A model generated the notes under the pieces. That model did no database searches. It saw only the letters and a program-made list of their open reading frames with translations, and was not told where the DNA came from. DNA of 64,000 nucleotides, taken from positions 3,712,001 through 3,776,000 of the forward strand of contig OY781964.1 of NCBI GenBank assembly GCA_963677485.1, written 5' to 3'. This DNA is from Armatimonadota bacterium (GTDB lineage Bacteria > Armatimonadota > HRBIN16). The translations under genes and the position numbers were made by a program. Below are positions 38,335 through 45,702 of the stretch, piece by piece. Each line of letters begins with the position of its first letter. Within the stretch, counting starts at the first letter, position 1.

Positions 38335-39678
38335 ATGTATCAAACCTATTACAACCCTGAAATCTTCTGCCAGACCTTCGATGGTATCGACCGTGACAAA
38401 TATGTGGTCGCCACATATTACATGGATGACTGCTTGCCTGGCGAGGATTTCATCGACCATTTTGCACTCGTTCAGGCGATGGCCCTGGAAGGCTCCACCG
38501 GCACATGGGAGAAGGTCGAAGAAGACACGCCCGAAATGCGCGAGGTCTATTCCTCCAAGATGGTGGGTTATTTTGAGCTGCCGTCGGATGACCCCAGCCG
38601 AAAACGGGCGATCGTTCAGCTTGCCTTCCCGCTGGCCGCATGGGGCAACAACATCACGATGATGCTTCTGGCCATCGCGGGCAACTGTTTTGCTTACAGC
38701 CCTTCGATTCGACTGCTGGACGTCTATCTCGGTGAGAACATTCTTAAGGGGTTCCAAGGACCGAAATTCGGCGTGCAGGGCATCCGCGACATCCTCGGTG
38801 TGGAAAAACGGCCTCTGTCGCTTCATATCATCAAGCCCAAAATGGGGATGACACCCGAGCAGGTGGCTCATCAGTGTTATCAGACCGCTATCGGCGGTGT
38901 CGACATGATGAAAGACGACGAGATGACCTCGGATGTCTCCAACAGCAATTACCTTGATCGTCTTAAAGCGGTGAATATCGCGCTGGACAAAGCGGAGAGC
39001 GAGACGGGCAAGCGCCCTATCTATCTGCTATCCATCACCCACGAGCCAGAAAAGATGAAAGAGCGTGCCTACAAGGCGATTGATGCTGGTGCTAACGGGC
39101 TGCTGGTCACCTATTCGGCTGGCCTGGGCGCATTGCGCGAACTGACCGAAGACCCCAAGATCAATGTGCCTGTGATGCTGCACGCCTCGCATATGATCGC
39201 TTCGTTGAAGAGCGTGTCATGGCCGGTAGGTGCCAAACTCTGCCGCCTGTGCGGTGCTGACCTTATGCTCACACCCACCATGTGGAGCTCCATCCCCATG
39301 GTGTCGCTTGAAGAGGGCGTACGCACCAGTCACATGCAGTTGGCACCTCTCGCTCACATCAAGCCGACCTTCGCGATGCCTTGCGCCGGGGTCTACCCAG
39401 GGCTGGCTCCCATCCTGGTCGGCGAATACGGCACGGATATCGTGATCCCCGCCGGTGGAGGGATGCTCGGGCACCCGGACGGCTACACCGCCGGTGCGAA
39501 GTCCTGGCAGCAGGCGATCGCTGCCACGATGAGCGATGAACCATTCATCGAGTATGCCAAACGGCCAGAGTGCGGTGAGCTCAGGAGAGCCATCAGCAAG
39601 TGGGGATACCTTGAGCGACCGAAGAGCCCATGGCTGCGTGTGGCACCAAAGTTCCACCCGAAGCATATGGAGCTGTAG
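38335..39678 (+). CDS. RuBisCO-like protein (Form IV RLP)
   Basis: EGSTGTW, AGN, GPKFG..GIR, IIKPKMG, MKDDE carbamylation motif, AGGGMLGHP; lacks the loop-6 Lys and the HR motif; no small subunit or PRK gene. Confidence 0.93.
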   Translation: MYQTYYNPEIFCQTFDGIDRDKYVVATYYMDDCLPGEDFIDHFALVQAMALEGSTGTWEKVEEDTPEMREVYSSKMVGYFELPSDDPSRKRAIVQLAFPLAAWGNNITMMLLAIAGNCFAYSPSIRLLDVYLGENILKGFQGPKFGVQGIRDILGVEKRPLSLHIIKPKMGMTPEQVAHQCYQTAIGGVDMMKDDEMTSDVSNSNYLDRLKAVNIALDKAESETGKRPIYLLSITHEPEKMKERAYKAIDAGANGLLVTYSAGLGALRELTEDPKINVPVMLHASHMIASLKSVSWPVGAKLCRLCGADLMLTPTMWSSIPMVSLEEGVRTSHMQLAPLAHIKPTFAMPCAGVYPGLAPILVGEYGTDIVIPAGGGMLGHPDGYTAGAKSWQQAIAATMSDEPFIEYAKRPECGELRRAISKWGYLERPKSPWLRVAPKFHPKHMEL

Positions 39679-39690
39679 AGTTCCTTCTAG

Positions 39691-39729
39691 ATGGGGGTAG
39701 ATCATCAGACACAGTTGATCTACTCCCGT
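39691..39729 (+). terminator. Intergenic stem-loop after the RLP gene
   Basis: atgggggtagatca ... tgatctactcccgt (G-U pairs allowed). Confidence 0.5.
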
Positions 39730-39809
39730 ATCCCGACCAACACATACCGGCAGCTTACCGACCATGTGCGCAGATTGATGTGCCGCACACCTATACAGGG
39801 GAATGATCG

Positions 39810-41297
39810 ATGACGACGGCAAAGCGGTTTTTGGCATATGACATTGGGGCATCTAACGGACGGGCCGTGGTGGGGGAATTTGATGGCGAGAAACTAACCT
39901 GTCGCGACATCTACCATTTCCCTAACGACCCCGTGCATGTGCCAGGTGGATTTCACTGGGATATTTTTCGGCTGTTTCACGAGGTCAAGCAGGCATTATG
40001 GGCTTACCGTTCGGAATGCGGTAGTGAGCTGGATGGCATCGGGATTGACACCTGGGGAGTGGACTTCGGCCTATTCGACAGAAACGGCAGACTGCTGGGA
40101 AATCCGCACCACTACCGTGACAGCCGCTGCGACGGCGCCGCCGAGGAACTCAGGCAGATCATCAACGGGTATGAGCTGTTTCAGCAGACCGGTGTGGCGA
40201 TTCAACAGGTAGCCACTATCACTCAGATGTATGCGTATGCGAAGAACAAGTCGCCCCTGCTGGAGGTGGCCAAGTCGTTCTTGATGATACCGAGTATCTT
40301 CAACTACTACCTGACCGGCGAGAAGGTGGATGAGCATTCCAATATATCCAATACCGCCTTGCTGGCCATCAAGGACAACGCCCCTGCCAAGGGGGTGCTG
40401 AGTGCCATCGGCATCTCGCGCAATATCCTGCCTCGGTTTGTGATGCCTGGAGACACCATAGGATTGCTTCGAGGACGGGTGGCGGATGAGCTAGGTATGG
40501 GTTCGGTGCCGGTTTTTGCTCCAGCGACGCACGACTCCGCGAGTGCGGTGCTATCGATACCGGCTGATCCCACCACCAACTGGGCGTTTTTGAGCTGCGG
40601 AACCTGGTCGGTGCTGGGTGTAGAGACCGATAAGCCGATTCTCGGTCCCCGCGCCTATGAGCTGAACCTCACGAGTGCCGCCACCGCTGACGGCAAGTAT
40701 ATGTCGCGCTTCAATATCAACGGGCTTTGGATATTGCAGGAGATTCGCAGGGCGTGGGAGGGGCAGGGCAGCCGGATGAACTGGAAGGGCATGGTGCGTG
40801 TGGTGGCATCCACTGAGCCGTTCACCGCGTTCATCGATGTGGACGACCCTGCCTTCGCCGATCCGGTAGATATGCCCACGGCGATCATTGAGTATTTGAC
40901 AGCTACAGAGCAGCGGATTCCGGGCGATAAGGGCACGATGGTGCGTATTGTGCTGGAGAGTCTGGCAATGAAATATCGCTTCCTGCTGCGCCAGATCAAA
41001 GAGCTGTCTGGGAAGCCGATTGACGTGCTGCACATCGTGGGTGGTGGTGTGAAGAACACAGTGCTGTGCAGCCTGACAGCCAGCGCGGTCGGGATTCCGG
41101 TTGTGGCCGGCCCTATGGAGGCAACCTGCAGCGGAAACCTGCTTACCCAGATGATGGGTGCAGGCATTGTAAAGACGATAGACGAGGGGCGCATGTTGCT
41201 GCGTTCCTCCTACGACCTGACTTTGTACAAGCCACACCGTGCTAAAGCATGGGACGAGGCCTATCAACGATACCTGACAGTGACAGGGAGGAAATAG
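39810..41297 (+). CDS. FGGY sugar kinase, rhamnulokinase-like
   Basis: DIGASNGR, IGIDTWGVDF, YRDSR, ATHDSASAV, SCGTWS, NINGLWILQE, VGGG, AGP.EAT..GN. Confidence 0.92.
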   Translation: MTTAKRFLAYDIGASNGRAVVGEFDGEKLTCRDIYHFPNDPVHVPGGFHWDIFRLFHEVKQALWAYRSECGSELDGIGIDTWGVDFGLFDRNGRLLGNPHHYRDSRCDGAAEELRQIINGYELFQQTGVAIQQVATITQMYAYAKNKSPLLEVAKSFLMIPSIFNYYLTGEKVDEHSNISNTALLAIKDNAPAKGVLSAIGISRNILPRFVMPGDTIGLLRGRVADELGMGSVPVFAPATHDSASAVLSIPADPTTNWAFLSCGTWSVLGVETDKPILGPRAYELNLTSAATADGKYMSRFNINGLWILQEIRRAWEGQGSRMNWKGMVRVVASTEPFTAFIDVDDPAFADPVDMPTAIIEYLTATEQRIPGDKGTMVRIVLESLAMKYRFLLRQIKELSGKPIDVLHIVGGGVKNTVLCSLTASAVGIPVVAGPMEATCSGNLLTQMMGAGIVKTIDEGRMLLRSSYDLTLYKPHRAKAWDEAYQRYLTVTGRK

Positions 41298-41299
41298 AA

Positions 41300-42280
41300 A
41301 TGCTTGGTAAGAACAAACTGGGTGCGTGCCTTCCAACGTTCGGCTCATGTGCCGACAGATACTGCCTCTCGGGGTATGGTGGGGGTGGCACCACGATGGA
41401 GGAGATGCTGGACCTAGCCACTCAGGTCAAGCAGCTTGATGGCCTTGAGATCGTGGGTAACTGGCATGTGAATGACCAAAACATCGATCTGGTGAAAAGG
41501 CTGTTCGCAGAGCGTAACCTTGAAATCAGCATGGTGGTGCCGGATCTGTGGACTCAAGCGAAGTGGGGCAAGGGTAGCCTCGCCTCCCAGGATCCACTGA
41601 TTCGCAAGGCGGCGGTGGCGGAAGTGAAGAAGTCGATGGACTGGGCTGCGGGGGTTGGCTGCTCGTATGTGGATGTTTGGCCCGGGCAGGACGGTTATGA
41701 CTATCCGCTTCAAGCGGACTTCACTGAGGCCTGGAAATGGATGAAAGACGGGATTGAGGATTGTGCGGCCCACCGCACCGATGTGAAGGTGCTGGTGGAG
41801 TATAAGCTCAAGGAGCCTCGCACGCATTGCTATATCAACAGTGCCGCGAAGACGATCCTGCTGATTGACGGACTGCCGAACACCGGTGTGCTGCTGGATA
41901 TCGGCCACTCGATGGCTGCGGGCGAGAACATCGCGGAAGCGGCGGCATTGCTAGATGACTACGGATGCCTTGATTATCTTCATCTGAATGATAACTACCG
42001 CGTGTGGGACGATGACATGATGTTCGCCGCGGTGAATATACCGGAGACTCTAGAGTTCATATTCTGGCTGAAGAAACTCAACTACACCGGATGGCTGACG
42101 CTGGACATCTTCCCATACCGCGAAGACAAAATACCGGTGGTGGAGAACTGCTTTGCCTGGCTGACGACGTTGATGGCGGCGGTCGAAAAGAAGGGCGTTG
42201 CCGAAATTCAGGCTGTGCTGCGATCGGCCGACGCCAACCGCAGCGTCGCGCTGGTCCGCGAATTGCTGACAGGGGGATGA
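41300..42280 (+). CDS. Xylose-isomerase-like TIM-barrel sugar isomerase
   Basis: WPGQDG, EYKLKEP, DIGH, HLND, WDDD, LDIFP metal-binding motifs; GGAGG RBS. Confidence 0.88.
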   Translation: MLGKNKLGACLPTFGSCADRYCLSGYGGGGTTMEEMLDLATQVKQLDGLEIVGNWHVNDQNIDLVKRLFAERNLEISMVVPDLWTQAKWGKGSLASQDPLIRKAAVAEVKKSMDWAAGVGCSYVDVWPGQDGYDYPLQADFTEAWKWMKDGIEDCAAHRTDVKVLVEYKLKEPRTHCYINSAAKTILLIDGLPNTGVLLDIGHSMAAGENIAEAAALLDDYGCLDYLHLNDNYRVWDDDMMFAAVNIPETLEFIFWLKKLNYTGWLTLDIFPYREDKIPVVENCFAWLTTLMAAVEKKGVAEIQAVLRSADANRSVALVRELLTGG

Positions 42281-42284
42281 TACG

Positions 42285-43286
42285 TTGACTCATGAAACAC
42301 GCGACCTGAGAGGCCGTGAACCCGAACAAGAGATATCGGCTGATAGGCTGCTGGCCATGTACAAAACCATGGTTAGGATCCGCCGGTTCGAAGACACCAT
42401 ACACCTGAGATTCCTGAAGGGCACACTGCCTGGAACAGTTCATCTATATCAGGGGCAGGAGGCCGTGGCGGTCGGTGTGTGCGCACATCTGAACGAACAA
42501 GATGCCGTTGCCAGCACACACAGGCCGCATGGCCACGCCATAGCTAAGGGTGTGAGTCTGCGGTCGCTGATGGCGGAGCTTTACGGCAAGGAAACGGGTT
42601 GCTGTAAGGGAAAAGGCGGGTCGATGCACGTGGGCGATGCTTCTGTGGGTATGCTGCCGGCTATCGCCATCGTGGGTGGCGGACTTACCATCGCCACAGG
42701 CTGTGGACTGGCCTTCAAGATGCAGAAGAATCACAACGTGGCAATCGCCTTTCTAGGTGATGGTGCGTCCAACGAGGGTGACTTCCATGAGGCACTGAAC
42801 ATGGCCGCGATATGGAATCTGCCGGTGGTGTTCGTGTGTGAAAACAACCTGTATGGTGCTTCCACTAGCCTAAAGCTTGTGTGCAAGCTGGAGGATATCG
42901 CCGACCGTGCAGCCAGTTACGACATGCCATCGTCGATCTGCGACGGTAATGACCTCTTCTCAGTGTATGGGGCGTTGGCTGAGGCTGTGGAACAGGCACG
43001 CTCTGGCGGCGGCCCAAGCCTGGTGGAGTGCAAGACCTACCGTATCGGCGGACACTCCCGTTCAGACGGCAACGCTTACCGTGACAAAGAAGAAGAGAAG
43101 CTCTGGTTTGAGCACGACCCCATTCGAAACTTGCAGACAAAGCTGATCAGCATGGGCGTGATGACAGAACCCGACATCGCACGCATCGATGATGAGATCG
43201 AAAAAGAGATCGAAGATGCGACGGAGTTTGCGGTGAACAGCCCGCTTCCTTTACCGGACGAGTGCTTTACGGACCTCTGGGCATAG
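42285..43286 (+). CDS. ThDP-dependent dehydrogenase E1 alpha subunit (AcoA/PdhA-like)
   Basis: HLYQGQEA, HRPHGH, GKGGSMH, GDGASNEG...ENN, TYR..GHS. Confidence 0.93.
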   Translation: MTHETRDLRGREPEQEISADRLLAMYKTMVRIRRFEDTIHLRFLKGTLPGTVHLYQGQEAVAVGVCAHLNEQDAVASTHRPHGHAIAKGVSLRSLMAELYGKETGCCKGKGGSMHVGDASVGMLPAIAIVGGGLTIATGCGLAFKMQKNHNVAIAFLGDGASNEGDFHEALNMAAIWNLPVVFVCENNLYGASTSLKLVCKLEDIADRAASYDMPSSICDGNDLFSVYGALAEAVEQARSGGGPSLVECKTYRIGGHSRSDGNAYRDKEEEKLWFEHDPIRNLQTKLISMGVMTEPDIARIDDEIEKEIEDATEFAVNSPLPLPDECFTDLWA

Positions 43287-43298
43287 GAGAAGAGAGAT

Positions 43299-44318
43299 AT
43301 GAAAAAACTGTCATACGCCGAAGCGATACGGGAAGGCATCAAAGAGGAGATGCAGCGCGACCAGCGCGTGTTCTGCATCGGTGAAGATATTGGGGTGGAG
43401 AATGGCTTTGGTGGAGCCTTTACGGTCACCCTTGGATTGTCCGACATCTTTGGGCATGAGCGTATCCTCGATACCCCCATTTCGGAAGCAGGTCTGGCGG
43501 GGGCCGCCATCGGTGCTGCTATGATGGGCATGCGCCCCATCGCCGATGTGCAGTATTGCGATTTCCTGTTCTGCTGTATGGACCAGATGATCAATGAGGC
43601 TCCGAAGATGCGTTACATGTCCGGTGGCGGTTTTTCGGTGCCGATGGTGATGCGCGCTCCTGTGGGGGTGACCGCCCGCGGTGCCCAGCACGCCCAGAGC
43701 GTGGAGAGCTATTTCATGCACTGCCCAGGTTGGAAGATCGCCTGCCCTTCGAATGCATACGATGCGAAAGGCATACTCAAAACAGCCGTGCGGGATGACA
43801 ACCCGGTGTTGATATTTGAACACAAAAAGTTGTATGGTGCCAAAGGCATCCGCAAGGTGGAAGGCGCACTGGATGCCTCCAGTGATATCCCAGAGGAAGA
43901 CTACACCATCCCCGAAGGCAAGGCGCGGATCGTCCGAGCGGGTAAGCATGTGACCGTGTTGGCCAACCTCAGGATGGTCTACGAGGCCGGTTTCGCCGCC
44001 AGTGAACTAGCGGAAGAGGGCATTGAAGTGGAGCTCATCGACCCACGCTGGCTGGTGCCATTTGACTATGAGACGCTGTATGCCTCTGTGAAGAAGACAG
44101 GCCGACTGGTGGTAGTGCATGAAGACACCATCACGGGCGGATGGGGTGCTGAGATCGCCGCGAAGGCGATGTTCGATGTGTTCGACTATCTTGATGCGCC
44201 GGTCTGGCGTGTCGCCGCGCCAGATACCCCTGCACCCTTCTCGCCTCCATTGGAGGATGTGTATGTGCCGAGTAAGGAGCGCATCAAGCAGGCGATACGG
44301 AAGATCTGTTATCGGTGA
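43299..44318 (+). CDS. ThDP-dependent dehydrogenase E1 beta subunit (AcoB/PdhB-like)
   Basis: GEDIG, DTPISE, RYMSGG, AQHAQ, DDNPV.FEHK, KKTGR, LDAP. Confidence 0.93.
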   Translation: MKKLSYAEAIREGIKEEMQRDQRVFCIGEDIGVENGFGGAFTVTLGLSDIFGHERILDTPISEAGLAGAAIGAAMMGMRPIADVQYCDFLFCCMDQMINEAPKMRYMSGGGFSVPMVMRAPVGVTARGAQHAQSVESYFMHCPGWKIACPSNAYDAKGILKTAVRDDNPVLIFEHKKLYGAKGIRKVEGALDASSDIPEEDYTIPEGKARIVRAGKHVTVLANLRMVYEAGFAASELAEEGIEVELIDPRWLVPFDYETLYASVKKTGRLVVVHEDTITGGWGAEIAAKAMFDVFDYLDAPVWRVAAPDTPAPFSPPLEDVYVPSKERIKQAIRKICYR

Positions 44319-44878
44319 GAACTGGTTACATCTTCGACTTTGACGGTGTGCTGGTCGATAGCATTGAAGTGCATTGGTCCAGCTTCATGCCAGCCTGTTC
44401 AGAAGTGGGTATACATGTAGACAGGGACAGACTTGTCAGATACAACGGCATCCCGGTAATCCAGCAGATTGAGCTGTTTGCAGGCCACTCCAACGTTCAG
44501 GTGAATGCAAATGCAGTATTCGATCGATATTCAGAAAACTATGCCCTGCAGTCAATAGAAGATGTGGTCATCATCGAGCCCATGTTAGGGATAATGCGTG
44601 CATTATCCCTTGCCGGTTGCTCGGTGGCCATTGCATCTAGCGGCTCACGGGAGCACATTCAGGCGATTGTAGACAAGTTTGCCATTCCATGCGAGATCAT
44701 TGTCTCGAATAACGATGTGAGCAACGGCAAGCCAGACCCCGAGATATTCCTTACCGCCGCAGCAAGGTTGGGCATCTCTCCCGAGAACTGCGTGGTGTTT
44801 GAAGACTCAGATATAGGCATTCAGGCCGCCGTGCGCGCAGGAATGGCTACCCTGCATTTCCGACAGCACGACGACTGA
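44315..44878 (+). CDS. HAD-family phosphatase (beta-PGM/CbbY-like)
   Basis: FDFDGVLVDS, IASS, KPDPEIFL, VFEDS. Confidence 0.9.
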   Translation: MRTGYIFDFDGVLVDSIEVHWSSFMPACSEVGIHVDRDRLVRYNGIPVIQQIELFAGHSNVQVNANAVFDRYSENYALQSIEDVVIIEPMLGIMRALSLAGCSVAIASSGSREHIQAIVDKFAIPCEIIVSNNDVSNGKPDPEIFLTAAARLGISPENCVVFEDSDIGIQAAVRAGMATLHFRQHDD

Positions 44879-45062
44879 TTGGACTCTGACGCAAGGCCGC
44901 TTTACACACCCTCGTTGGAAATGGTATAACATAATCACTGCGTATCCCAACGTTTGCGTTGGGGTTCTGGTAAAAGCAATATGCCACATCCCAACAAGCA
45001 TGCTGGCAGCTTAAACCGCTAGCTGGGTCCAACTCACACATACAACGGCCAAGGGTAAGATC

Positions 45063-45557
45063 ATGAACAAGTCGAAGGTTATCACTATACTCGTATTCAT
45101 CGGGATTACAGTGACCGGGGTGTACTGGCTGATGGACATAAATCGCAGCGAGCATTATTATATATATCTCCCTGGAGGATTTGTATCCTATAGAGATGAG
45201 TATGGTGCGATATTCAAAAATATTCGCCTTCAACCGCCACCTTCAAAGAAACGGTATATAGGCCCTAATGTGGGTGGATATCACGTATATCAATCTGCCA
45301 TCGTAGGGAAGATAACACCGCATCCCAATGACCAGGATTTATCGCAGATGAATATCAGCCACGACTTATACGAAAGACGGCCCGGCTATTTCATCCTTGA
45401 TCTACGCACGAAAGAGGTGTATGGCGGTTTGAATAAGCACAACTGGATACTGAAGTTAAAATCCTACGGCATCACCGAGGAGCCGGAGTTATACGAACCC
45501 TCCTGGCGGGACGAAAAGCTGAGGCGTAATGAGCCGCAAGCCGACATTGTGGAGTAA
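45063..45557 (+). CDS. Small membrane-anchored hypothetical protein (DUF3997-like), AT-rich
   Basis: N-terminal TM helix; LPGG.., I.P.V, YFILD...EVYG.L pattern; AT-rich codons. Confidence 0.6.
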   Translation: MNKSKVITILVFIGITVTGVYWLMDINRSEHYYIYLPGGFVSYRDEYGAIFKNIRLQPPPSKKRYIGPNVGGYHVYQSAIVGKITPHPNDQDLSQMNISHDLYERRPGYFILDLRTKEVYGGLNKHNWILKLKSYGITEEPELYEPSWRDEKLRRNEPQADIVE

Positions 45558-45661
45558 TGGGAGCATTAATTACAGCAAACCCACAGGGCGTCTTGCTGAA
45601 CTGATATGCTCAGCAAGGTTTCAGAGAGTATAGCGACTATATACCTTCGACGATTAATCCA

Positions 45662-45689
45662 TTGGGGCAGCCTCTGTGGCTGCCCCCAA
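45662..45689. repeat. Single REP-like hairpin or terminator between convergent genes
   Basis: ttggggcagcc-tctgt-ggctgcccccaa. Confidence 0.55.
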
Positions 45690-45702
45690 CGGTTGCGGGT
45701 GA

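Noticed and set aside
38335-39678. Bona fide RuBisCO and Calvin cycle (RLP plus rpe plus CbbY-like HAD)
   Set aside because: Lacks K334/R295/H327 equivalents; no rbcS or phosphoribulokinase; catabolic context
39810-42280. Ordinary L-rhamnose operon (rhaB/rhaA)
   Set aside because: No class II aldolase or mutarotase, and RLP, LsrF and E1/E2 would be unexplained; not fully excluded without assays, so no rha symbols were assigned
38335-44878. Methionine salvage operon (MtnW plus HAD MtnX)
   Set aside because: No mtnA/mtnB/mtnK/mtnD genes; the HAD is beta-PGM-like; the kinase and isomerase belong to free-sugar families
19924-44878. Single streptomycin-degradation super-pathway (aminocyclitol genes plus streptose-type 5-deoxy branched pentose genes)
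   Set aside because: Chemically tempting, but the two sets have separate regulators and there is no recognisable amidinohydrolase or N-demethylase; too speculative
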